Origin: Octopus vulgaris
Lineage: Eukaryota
Length of the DNA stretch: 64,000 nucleotides
Direction of reading: 5' to 3'
Assembly: GCA_951406725.2 (NCBI GenBank)
Contig: OX597817.1
Coordinates: 135,408,001-135,472,000, forward strand
Both the position numbers and the translations under genes were made by a program. The stretch's first letter is position 1, and each line of letters starts with the position of its first letter. Positions 37,784 to 48,882 of this stretch are shown piece by piece. The notes under the pieces are model-generated. The model made no database searches. It was not told the origin of the DNA and saw only the letters and a list, made by a program, of their open reading frames with translations.

Positions 37784-38812
37784 TGTATGTATGTATGTAT
37801 GTATGTATGTATACTCCTGAAAATCTGCTGACATCATTTCCGTTTTACTTGAAACCGTTCCCTCCTCCTCCTGGTACTGTTAACCACTTTCTAGCATTTT
37901 CGTTTTCCCAAACTGCTTCGTTTAATCTCGCTCTCCAGTTACATTCCGAAGCAATACGCTAAGCTCATTGGTCAAATGTAGAGAACGTCCGTTAAACAAC
38001 CGACTAGAAATGATTACAAATTCTTTCGGGTTTATTTCGAGAAAATTCACCGGGGAGAATGAACTTAATAGAAATTGAATGCGTAAAAGTATTTGAGTGT
38101 TGACCGAAGAGAATAAAATCAAACTACTTTAATAGTCCGCAGCGAATAAGGAAAATAACGAAGTGATTAAATGAATATTTTACTGAGCTATCTTGGATAA
38201 ACTAAATATGTACAACAGAAAATCGGTTAAACATAAAATTCTTCAACGCATACAAGGGTGTACGCATATACGAACAGTTCTTTAAACGAACAAATTGAAT
38301 ATCGCCCCATTTTTCAGAAAAAAAGTAAACTCGCATCAGCTGAAAGTTGATCAACGAACCACGAGCACACTATGCATGTGTATAAGTCAATGGGAGTTCA
38401 TTCACTTAGCGAACTGAAATTTGAACAACGAACCACCACGAGACTGTACTCGCGGATAAGTGACTGGATGAGCGCACACGCACGGTACTCTAAACGAACA
38501 AATTGTGTAGCGAACAGTTTCTCTGACGAAAATAATATTCGGCCAGCGAACTGAAATTTGAACCACAAACTACAAATAGACTGGACACGCCTATAAGGCG
38601 AGCTTGCAAACTTTCACATAGTATATAGAGGGCGACACCATTTGATGTACCCTTCAGACATATTATATCTAGGACCACATTATCTAATGTACCCCTCAGG
38701 TGTAGTGTGTCTGTGACTACGTTTTCTAAAATGTCCAATTAACATAGGGTACCTAGGATTACATCGTTTTATGTGCCTTCAGGTATATTATACCTCAGAC
38801 TACATCATGTGT

Positions 38813-38897
<85 letters not shown>

Positions 38898-38898
<1 letters not shown>

Positions 38899-39240
38899 CA
38901 AAATTTAGAAACGGCCATAATAGGCCGTTCAACCCACTAGAAATAGCAGCTAAGGCTTCAACCGCAAAAAAGTATTAATTCCGTAAACAAGGAGAAAATT
39001 TTAAAAACATTTACCCTGTTATACTTTATACAATGCATCGTTTCATCTATTTTTTAATGGTAAATCAGCCTGATTAAATTAAATCAAACTAATCCTCCAT
39101 AGGCCAACAGATTCATCAGTAAAGTAAGCCAGACGGGAGAGATATTTACACGAGGCAGCACCACTACTGTCTCGGCAATATCTGACCTAAAATTTTCAAA
39201 TCATCGTACTCGCGCCAAATTTATCGGCAGCAAATATAAG

Positions 39241-39244
<4 letters not shown>
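38898..39244 (-). mobile_element. PLE-like terminal fragment between (TA)n tracts
   Basis: Unique insert bounded by pure (TA)n; contains an intact HHR core. Confidence 0.65.
39022..39126 (-). ncRNA. Type I hammerhead ribozyme, intact core, extended stem II
   Basis: Reverse complement: tacttta CTGATGA atctgtt ...aatagat GAA acgat gc attgT A taaagta; 7-bp stem I, 7-bp stem II base, near-palindromic stem III. Confidence 0.8.
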
Positions 39245-39329
<85 letters not shown>

Positions 39330-39419
39330 TATAGATATAGATATAGATATAGATATAGATATAGATATATATAGATATATATACATATATCTATATATAT
39401 ATAGATATATGTATATATA

Positions 39420-39860
39420 ACATTACTTTATATAATTAGGGTTCAGCAAACAAAATTTACTTTACCACACACCGAACTTTTAGAAATAGCAGCCAAAGAA
39501 TTTAGCTATTTCCTCTGCTATAAGAAGAGTCTCCCAGACAATGTATACTCAAAAACAATTCACGTAGGTATAGAGGGAAAGATAACGAAAGATCATTCGT
39601 ACATCGATTACTTGAGAACGCCGTTTCTGGGTTAGTTAGATATAGAGATGCTAGAAATACATACCTATATCAACATTCCTGTCATCAACCCAAGATTTCG
39701 TTATGTTTAAATTTGAGAGCATTAAAAATCGAACATACCCGTCTGATTTGAGTAATCCCAGACGAACCACCTTCGACCGCCAGTACTAACGAATTCAAAA
39801 CGTACGAATGAGGCCTTGTATCCTTCCCCATTATTAATTACTAATTAATTAATTTTACCC
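39420..39860 (-). mobile_element. PLE-like terminal fragment with decayed type I hammerhead (39611-39694)
   Basis: Reverse complement: cttggg TTGATGA c...gttgatatag..ctatatctaac...GAAAC ggc GT T ctcaag; 3' end at (TA)n. Confidence 0.6.
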
Positions 39861-39861
39861 T

Positions 39862-41395
39862 TATTATTATCTTCTTTTTTTATCTAGTTTCAGCTCACAA
39901 GCTGTGGCCATGCTGGGGCACCGCCATTTGGTGTTGCTACATGATTTTACTTCACGAATGCTTTTTAGCAATTGCCATTTGGTGCATGGGAGAGTTCGGT
40001 GCAGCTGCTCTCATCTGCACCTCCTGCCGTGAAGTTGGTTCATCTGGGACACCTGACAAGAAGAGATCCAGTTTTATTTTAAAGATATCTGCATCCACCC
40101 CATGCAGGTCTCTTAGGTTCTTCGGGAGGATATTGAAGAGCTGTGGGCCTCGGAAGCCCAGGCTATCACAGTATCTCGTCCTACATCTTGATGGTAAATT
40201 TGGAGTCCTTGGCACTATGCAGTGGCGCCCAGTTCTGGCATTTGTGTAACTCTCGATGCGAAAGTTTGGGACAAGTCCTTCTAGGATCTTCCAGATGTAT
40301 ATTATGGCATATCTTTCTCGCCTACGCTCTAAGTAATAGAGTTTCAATCTCTTGAGTCTTTCCCAATAGCTTATATGCTGCACAGAGGCTATCTTCTCCG
40401 TGTAGCTTCGTTGGATCGCCTCAAGTTCTGTGATTAACTTGACACTGGATGGTCACCATAGCTGAGAGCAATAGTCAAAGTGGCTTAGGACAAGTGTCCT
40501 CCAGAGGACCATCATGGTTTCCTGGTCTCTTGTTCTAAAGGTTCTAAGAATCCATCCGGTCAGCCGCCTACATTTCTTTGCCAATTTAGCAACATGCACA
40601 TGAAAGGTTGCATCATCACTCATGTAAATACCCAGATCTCGCACTGATTGTGCCTCTGGGATTGCAATCCCTCCAGGTTCAGTGTATTTATTGGGTATTG
40701 CATTTAGTTTTGTATGCTGATAGCATAAAGCTTGAAACTTTTCAGCATTGAACTGCATGCTATTCTTTTCAGCCCACTTGTATATTTTGTCCAGCTCACA
40801 TTGCAGGTGCTTAGTGTCTTCAGGGTTCTGTATTGCCTGTGAAACTTTTGTATCATCTGCATAACTTGTGATCGTGGCTCTCTGCGTGGCTGAGGGCATG
40901 TCTGAGAGGACCATTATGAACAGTAGTGGTCCCAAAACAGTGCCTTGCGGAACACCGCTCACTATTTGCGTGCTAATGGAAGTGGCCCCATTGGCTACTA
41001 CCACCTGACTTCTATCCTTCAGAAAGTCATGAAGCCATTCTCCCAGTTTTCCAACTATGCCAAGATCACGCAGTTTGTGACATATCATTCCATGATCGAC
41101 TTTATCAAAGGCCTTTGCAAAGTCGAGATATATGACTTCCACATTTGAGTGGTTGAGTAGTCGTTTCAACACCCAGTCATAGTGTTGTAGGAGCTGAGTT
41201 AAGCATCTTCTTCCTGGTCGGAAACCATGTTGGGTGTCAGGCAGCAAGTCATTTTCTTCAAGGAAGGGGATTAGTTTCCTTCTGACTATTCGTTCCATGA
41301 CCTTGCTGATGTATGAGGTCAGAGAGATAGGTCTGTAGTTCTTGGCCTCCGCTCTGCTACCTCCTTTATGAATAGAGCATATTTTACCTTCCTTC

Positions 41396-41398
<3 letters not shown>
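39862..41398 (-). mobile_element. CR1-group LINE, 5'-truncated, nearly intact RT domain plus 3' tail
   Basis: NYRPISLTS, QHGFRPGR, VIYLDFAKAFDKVDH, SGVPQGTVLGPLLF, YADDTK; frameshift near 40453; ORF stop at 39952; tail ggcggtgccccagcatggccacagcttgtgagctgaaac. Confidence 0.93.
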
Positions 41399-41487
<89 letters not shown>

Positions 41488-41499
41488 TACATACATATA

Positions 41500-41722
41500 A
41501 GAGGAATGACCACAACGTGAACAACCCTTATGCTAGAAGCAGATCCGCTATGGTCTTAGCACTAAGAAATGTTCTCAAGAAAATTCAGCAAACGCCAGAA
41601 CGTAATTGAGCAAGACAAATGAGAAATAACAAAAATATAGATTAATCATGGATTAATATGCTAGACCACTGATTTTAAATTGATATTAATCAAATTAATA
41701 TTCAGTTTTTCACCCTCATTTT

Positions 41723-41730
<8 letters not shown>
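41500..41730. repeat. Microsatellite-embedded element terminus
   Basis: gctagaagcagatccgctatggtctta...atcaaattaatattcagtttttcaccc also occurs at about 14990-15120, both ending in (TA)n. Confidence 0.65.
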
Positions 41731-41760
<30 letters not shown>

Positions 41761-41769
<9 letters not shown>

Positions 41770-42288
41770 AATAGAAAAGAGTGAAAAAACTACAGAAGGC
41801 TTGTTTTATAAGGTTAAAGAATATATCTAAGTCGTTATGTTAGAAGAATGTTATAAAATTTTCCATACAGTAACATAGTTTTTGAAGAAATGACAGGTTT
41901 CGTGTTAACTTTTCAAGTTTCTCAAATGTCCTTACCTGCATTGTGTTATGTCTTCGTTATGCAGTGCAAAGGAGAGTTCCAGGTAGGGGAGGTAATAAGC
42001 GATCTCTTCCGGTATAAGGGCGATAATCGCTTTATATTTCTTTTCCCTTATTTAATGGGCTTATTACCTCCCCATACCTGGAACTCTCCTTTGCACTGCA
42101 TAACGAAGACATAACACGATGCAGGTAAAGACATTGAGAAATTTGAAAAGTTAACACGAAACCGGTCATTTCTTCAAAAATTATGTTACTGTATGAAAAA
42201 TTTTTATAAAACAAGCCTTCTGTAGTTTTTTCACTCTTTTCTATTTTCTATATATCCAACCATGTGCTTTCACACACCAACTTTCTCA

Positions 42289-42290
<2 letters not shown>
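41761..42290. mobile_element. Foldback element: about 200-bp inverted arms (41761-42000 / 42059-42255), probably an inverted PLE pLTR
   Basis: Arms are reverse complements apart from an approximately 40-bp extra segment in the left arm; 58-bp spacer; (TA)n flanks; HHR-like gaaat-TTGAAAA...GAAAC CG GTC-atttc. Confidence 0.8.
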
Positions 42291-42370
<80 letters not shown>

Positions 42371-42524
42371 TAAAATTATAAAAATTTATAAATATAAATT
42401 AATAATTTTAATTTTAAATTTAAATAATATATATTGTATATTATATTAATTATATTTATTTTTATGTTTTGGTTTATGTTTTTCACTGTTTGATTTGCCT
42501 AATAGTGCTTTTATCTCTAATTTA

Positions 42525-42585
<61 letters not shown>

Positions 42586-42595
42586 TACATATATA

Positions 42596-43468
42596 AAGGG
42601 TGAGTGGAAAGTAAGTAGGCATTAGAAATTGCTTGTAGAATATTTAAATTTTCACTGAAGTCATGACGAAAATATTTTATAAACAGACAACAATAACAGG
42701 GATTTCTTATTTTCTTATCATATTTCTTATTTCTTATTTTCCAGATGGTTGGTTGGTTGACTGTTCAGGAGCGAGCTTAGATAGCAGCGCGCTGCGAAGT
42801 GTGGAATTCTGTTGTTTTGGTTCAGAGATGGTGGCGTACATGGATAAGTAAGCATGCAACACTACGTCCAGAGAAATAAAAAGTTGTCACGTAAAGCTGA
42901 TAACCACGGGGCTCTGTGAACGATGCAAGAAGTGGCCGTCCAACCACATCCTTATCAGTGGAGAACGTGGCACCAGTGCAAGAAATGTTTAATCGCAGCC
43001 CTCAAAAATCAACATGTCAAGCTGCTCGTGAAAGTGGACTAACACGACACACAATACGTATGGTTTTGCATAAAGAATTGACTATTCATTCGTGGAAACC
43101 TCATTACGTGCAAGAGCTAAAACCTGAAAACTGTGACCGCAGAAGTCCAGAACTCCAAGAAGTCCAGATCTCACTGCATGTGATTTTTACACAAAAGATG
43201 GGGTGTACATAACAAAACCTCGCACACTGGAGGACTTAGAGACACGGATTCAGGAGGTTCTCAATGATACCCCAGACGACGTCCTTCAGAAGGTTGTTCA
43301 AGTTTGAGGAAACCGGTTGGCGCCACCGGTGTTTACGTTGAAATATAAAGATTTACTTTCATTTTGCGAATTAATAAAGAACATGTATCATTTGTTTCAA
43401 TAAATTTGTGAAAGGAATATAGATTTTATTATCAGTTTTTAATGCCTACTTACTTTTCACCCACACTG
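42596..43468 (+). mobile_element. Internally deleted Tc1/Tc3-like DNA transposon
   Basis: TIRs agggtgagtggaaagtaagtaggcatta / taatgcctacttacttttcacccacactg with TA flanks; relic GSVNDARSGRP..SPQKSTCQAARE, RSPDLTACDF, VYITKPRTLEDLETRI; catalytic middle missing. Confidence 0.88.
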
Positions 43469-44060
43469 TATGTATGTGTGTGTGTGTATGTGTGTGTTGA
43501 AGAAAAGAAAATTGAGAAAAAATGGCTGTATGAATAATTTATTTGTATGTTATAAAATGTTGAAAATTTCTTTTAAAAAACATGACAGTACAAATAAATT
43601 GATTACAAGCTTGAATAAAAGAAAAGAAAAGAACTTTCATATATGTTTCAGTCCTATCCCCGAGTTGATCAGAAATTCTAAGCATTTGGTTAAATGTTAA
43701 GAATGGTATCACACTCTACCTCTTTGGTGGGGAGGACTTCTTCAGGATCATTATGAGCTTATAGAACTTAAGTTATCATTTTTTTTTTCCTTTGAAGGAT
43801 GCATACAGAGTATTAGTGAGTTAAATGTTGTATATAGTAAGTGTATCTACGTGGTAAGTTATAGATATTCATGAATATACCCTATACTGGAAAATAAAGA
43901 AAGAAAATCTAAATAAAAAATAAAAATAAAAACGATAAAAATATAATGCAAATAATCAGAAAATGGAGACAACCTCAGATTAACAAAGACATCGATTGGG
44001 CCACATTTATAGCTTATTTTTTAATACAAAGCAGGACATAACGAATAGGTGACGTAATAT

Positions 44061-44175
44061 ATCTTACGGCCGTTTCCGATCGGTTGCCAAAATACTGTCT
44101 ATAAATAAATGCGAGAATAAAGTTCTCCATCTTCATAGGGCATTCGAATTAAGGCAACAGATTTTCATCAGAGTA
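44061..44175 (-). ncRNA. Type I hammerhead-like motif in PLE-like fragment (about 43900-44490)
   Basis: Reverse complement: tact CTGATGA aaatctgttgcc...ggcaaccgatcg GAA acggccgT A ag; palindromic stem III; stem I weak. Confidence 0.6.
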
Positions 44176-44532
44176 AAAAACAAGAGCATACAATATAAAC
44201 AAAGGGAAGAAGGAAAAGGAAAGAAAACATGGCCTAGACAAAAAGTCTAGAAGCCCAATGTGTTAAAAGCATATAATTTAACATCTAGGGGCTACGAAGT
44301 CCGTGGATAAAAGAGTGAACTAGTATTGGTCTAGGGAATACTACTATTTATTAACGGGTGGATGCAGGATGTTTAAAAAAAGAAGTTATCAAGAAAATAC
44401 ATATAAGGAAAATACTAACATGAATGCCCGGGGCTAATACGGGTAACGGATACCCATGGTATATTTTATCTCTCAGTCGGTTATTATAACCGCTAACTTT
44501 GTTTGCATTATATGTATACATACATACATACG

Positions 44533-44599
<67 letters not shown>

Positions 44600-44605
<6 letters not shown>

Positions 44606-45035
44606 ATTTCGAAATAGTCATTTTGCCAGTTTAGCCAATAAAAACACACGCACTATATATTTGGTGTTACTTTGCTTCAGTGTTATTTATTTTTTACATT
44701 AATCTTAATCTTATTTCGGCCAGAGTTCTTTCGTCACACTCCTGTGACCGCATCAGTGGTCCTTTGCTTTCTTCTTTCTTATTTGTGTGTCTCTCCTTAC
44801 TAACCGTCAGCCATTTTGTATTTCTATTGTATGCGTCTTCATTTGTGCATGCGTATATATCTATGTGCGTCTATGTTTATATATATAAACGTATATAAAC
44901 AGAAGATACAAATATTACAAGCATTTCCCCCCACACACACACTAACTAAACATAGACGCACATAGAGATATACGCATGCGCAAATGAAGACACATACAAT
45001 AGAAATACAAAATGGCTGACGATTAGGAAGGAGAG
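44600..45035 (-). mobile_element. PLE-like terminus with internal inverted repeat (44791-44878 / 44948-45035)
   Basis: About 88-bp inverted arms visible; HHR-like motif at 44720-44759; begins at (TA)n. Confidence 0.7.
44720..44759 (-). ncRNA. Minimal type I hammerhead variant (CUGAUGC core)
   Basis: Reverse complement: cca CTGATGC g gtcaca ggag tgtgac GAA ag aa cT C tgg. Confidence 0.6.
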
Positions 45036-45345
45036 CGTTTGGAATGGTTTTTACCTGTTGATTACAGGTAATATTCTTCCATCTTCTTTCTCACACCAAA
45101 TCCTGTGCACAAAACATCTTGCAACTTTCAGAAAACAGGAAATTTCTAAATCACCATACATAGCCTTCAGAGCCACAATCACAACATGCCTTTCCATTTC
45201 ATCAGCAAGCAGAGGGCATGCCATTGTTATTTTCTGAAATAGAAGCTCAATAATAATTAGTCAAATAAAATAATGACTAAAACTGCATGTGTCCTCAAAT
45301 ACCGTCCGCATCCTGTGTGTGTCTATATATATATATATATGTATG

Positions 45346-45403
<58 letters not shown>

Positions 45404-45789
45404 GGGGTGGGTGTATAAACAAACGGACTTTTCTCCTTGGTACGAAAATGATGTAAGGTGGGCGGAATATATTAAGTCTATTTCACCATTAATGTTACAA
45501 ACTAAATAAATAAATTTTTAAAAGATTAATTTAGTTTAGAAGCACATTTTCCGATCTTCAGTTGTATATGCCATATTTTAAGAAAAATATAATAACTATA
45601 AAATAAATTCACCTCCATTTATCCACATCAATTCGTAACCCGAGGTATTCGGTATATTGAAAAAAGTAAAAAAGGAAGAAAAAACATACTTCTTCCTCCA
45701 CATTCAAACACGCTTTCTAATCTGTCGGTGGGATGATTGCGGCAAATTATGAATGTGTGTGTGTGTGTATATATGTATATATGTATATG

Positions 45790-45827
<38 letters not shown>

Positions 45828-45978
45828 GATAGATAGATATAGATATAGATATAAAGACGAAGAGAGGGCGTGAAACTAGTTTTGTATTGACCACAGTGAC
45901 TAATAAAATAGACTCCATTTATTCCGCCTGTCTTACGTCATTTTCGTACCAAGGTGAAAAGTCAGTTTGTTTTTATTT

Positions 45979-46065
<87 letters not shown>

Positions 46066-46068
46066 ATA

Positions 46069-46164
46069 GTTAATCCAAACAAGAAAACACAAAAAAACAC
46101 AGCAACGCGAGGACGTGGAACAAATAAAGTATTATTGGACGCTCAGGAAAGAAGGGAAGAAGGA

Positions 46165-46170
<6 letters not shown>
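46069..46170 (-). mobile_element. Short PLE-like 3' fragment within (TA)n
   Basis: Reverse complement aaaccctccttcttccc...ggattaac resembles 8962-9045. Confidence 0.65.
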
Positions 46171-46211
<41 letters not shown>

Positions 46212-46372
46212 TAAAAACGGTAAGATAACAAAAGAAAGAAAGAGACCTCAATATTATGTAAATAGAGGAAATTTATATACATATACATACATATATATAT
46301 ATATACATATATATACATATATATATATATGTGTGTGTATGTGTGTGTGTGCGTATGTATGTATATATATAT

Positions 46373-46419
<47 letters not shown>

Positions 46420-46508
46420 CATATATATACACAGATATATATACATACATATATATATACACACACACACACATATGTGTATGTATGCATATATCTATAT
46501 ATCTATAC

Positions 46509-46575
<67 letters not shown>

Positions 46576-46763
46576 CGACGGGCTTGTAATTTCAGTAACG
46601 TTATATGAACCTTGACCCAGAAGATCATATTCACACAAAATGTCTTGCTAGGACTGCATTATCTAATATACCTTCCTTCCATTTTTCGGGAAACAGGATG
46701 TAAGTTGAAAGAGCTGTGAAGGTTTCTTATTCCCCAAGTTGCTCATTATGTAATAACTAGGAA

Positions 46764-46951
46764 CCATATATGGTTCTCCGTTGACATTAGCAGGTCAAAT
46801 GTTTGAAGAATCCGTTCCTATGCCAACCATATATGGTTCTCCGTTGACATTAGCAGGTCAAATGTTTGAAGAATCCGTTCCTATGCCAACCATATATGGT
46901 TCTCCGTTGACATTAGCAGGTCAAATGTTTGAAGAATCCGTTCCTATGCCA
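46764..46951 (+). repeat. Perfect 63-bp tandem triplication
   Basis: accatatatggttctccgttgacattagcaggtcaaatgtttgaagaatccgttcctatgcca x3. Confidence 0.95.
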
Positions 46952-47102
46952 AATAATCCTGCAGATTATATTATCAAGACTTAATTTGTCAAGTTTATGT
47001 TCTTTTCCAACTCGTTTACAGACAACAAAACCTTATATTCCATCAGATATTAAGACGTGGACACATGTTTTCTTACGAAATGATGCTACTCGTCATTCAT
47101 TG

Positions 47103-47479
47103 GGAAGCACTCCGTCGGTTACGACGATGAGGGTTCCAGTTGATCCGATCAACGGAACAGCCTGCTCGTGAAATTAACAAGTGGCTGAGCACTCCACAGA
47201 CACGTGTACCCTTAACGTAGTTCTCGGGGATATTCAGCGTGACACTGAGAGTGACAAGGCCGGCCCCTTGAAATACAGGTACAACAGAAACAGGAAGTAA
47301 GAGTGAGAGAAAGTTGTGGTGAAAGAGTACAGCAGGGATCACCACCATCCCCTGCCGGAGCCTCGTGGAGCTTTAGGTATTTTCGCTCAATAAACACTCA
47401 CAACGCCCGGTCTGGGGATCGAAACCGCAATCCTATGACCGCGAAACCGCTGCCCTAACCACTGGGCCATTGCGCCTCC
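47103..47479 (-). mobile_element. tRNA-derived SINE family 3 (tRNA-Arg-like head), full length
   Basis: Reverse complement ggaggcgcaatggcccagtggttagggcagcgg..ggtttcgatccc; 15-bp TSD actcgtcattcattg (47088-47102 / 47480-47494). Confidence 0.92.
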
Positions 47480-47561
47480 ACTCGTCATTCATTGTGTCCT
47501 AGATAAATGCGAACTTACAAAATAGTGTCAAAGAAAAGAAACAATGGTATTGGATGTACAA

Positions 47562-47978
47562 GGCGTCGCGCTGGCAGAGTCGTTAGCACGCTGGACGAAA
47601 TGCTTAGCGGTATTTCGTCTGCCGCTACGTTCTGAGTTCAAATTCCGCCGAGGTCGATTTTGCCTTTCATCCTTTCGGGGTCGATTAAATAAGTACCAGT
47701 TACGCACTGGGGTCGATATAATCGACTTAATCCGTTTGTCTGTCCTTGTTTGTCCTCTCTGTGTTTAGCCCCAAGTGGGTAGTAAAGAAATAGGTATTTC
47801 GTCCGCCGTTACGTTCTGAGTTCAAATTCCGCCGAGGTCCACTTTGCCTTTCATCCTTTCGGGGTCGATAAATTAAGTACCAGTTACGCACTGGGGTCGA
47901 TATAATCGACTTAATCCGTTTGTCTGTCCTTGTTTGTCCTCTCTGTGTTTAGCCCCTTGTGGGTAGTAAAGAAATAGA
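47562..47978 (+). mobile_element. SINE family 2 dimer (one head, two bodies)
   Basis: TSD tattggatgtacaa on both sides (47548-47561 / 47979-47992). Confidence 0.92.
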
Positions 47979-48576
47979 TATTGGATGTACAAGGAAAAGC
48001 GGACAGTAAGCGGGGATAGGTTTTAAAAGGCTTTCGTTGAATCCACCTTCACTCAAGAAAACGAAAATCAGTTTAAAGAAAAAACGGAAAAAGAGCGATT
48101 CTAATGAAATATTGAAACAAAATAGAAATATTAATATAAAAAAAAAAGAAATCAATATTGAAAGATATGCAAACCAAGGATATTCCAAGGTTACAAAATT
48201 TGGAAAAGTAGTAAATTTTCCACGAAAATTGCCGGATTATTCGTTAATTTAATCAAAAATTTAATATGAAAAAAATATCTTCCATTTTGTGTATATGTAA
48301 TTCCTTTTTTTGCGTGCGTGTATATGGAAGAGGTTAGCAGTTTAACTGGACTGGATGGATGAGTTCTTGTTGTCAGTTCCACTGTTCTAGTTATCCAGGG
48401 GTCAACAGTTTAACTATCAAGATCATTTAATTTAAGCAGAAAATAATGTGTCTTGGTGCGACATCTCCGCAAGGTTTTAATTGAAAACAAATTGAATTGT
48501 TTTGTATAGATATGTTGTATGTGGTGTATAAATATTTTTCCAGTTCTATATTTAAGAGATGGGGAATTATGTACAA

Positions 48577-48650
48577 GGGCATATGGCGTAGTGGTTAAGA
48601 GCGCGGGCTACTAACTCCAAGATTCCGAGTTCGATTCCCAGCAGTAACCC

Positions 48651-48731
<81 letters not shown>

Positions 48732-48882
48732 CAACAACATCGAAAAATACCTTAAGAATGAGAACCCAGGTTCGAAATTTCTCCAAGACACTTGATGAAG
48801 GCTGGAGAGTACATCAGCCGAAATGTTGTGTTAACAACAAACAAGATGAGGACAAATATTCGTCAAATGTAAATAATGTAAA
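48577..48882 (+). mobile_element. tRNA-headed SINE-like element with (AAT)n and a 3' hammerhead motif
   Basis: A box tggcgtagtgg, B box gagttcgattc (48577-48650); (AAT)n; HHR at 48787-48832. Confidence 0.8.
48787..48832 (+). ncRNA. Minimal type I hammerhead motif (two C>T changes)
   Basis: gacac tTGATGA a ggctg gagagtacat cagcc GAAA tGT T gtgtt. Confidence 0.65.

Larger units (their letters stand above)
46700..47545 (+). mobile_element. Gypsy LTR-retrotransposon integrase C-terminal relic, interrupted by a SINE
   Basis: TIYGSPLTLAGQMF...PTRLQTTKPYIPSDIKTWTHVFLRNDATRHS[SINE]LCPR*MRTYKIVS matches the Gypsy LVYG..LRLPG..THVFVR.D..L.P.Y.GPY pattern. Confidence 0.75.

Noticed and set aside
40453-41496. 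347-aa ORF as an intact RT gene
   Set aside because: The N-terminus is microsatellite, the endonuclease is missing and the C-terminus is frameshifted; it is a truncated LINE.
48577-48650. Functional tRNA gene
   Set aside because: Acceptor and anticodon stems pair poorly and it runs into a SINE-like body; the same applies to the family 3 heads.
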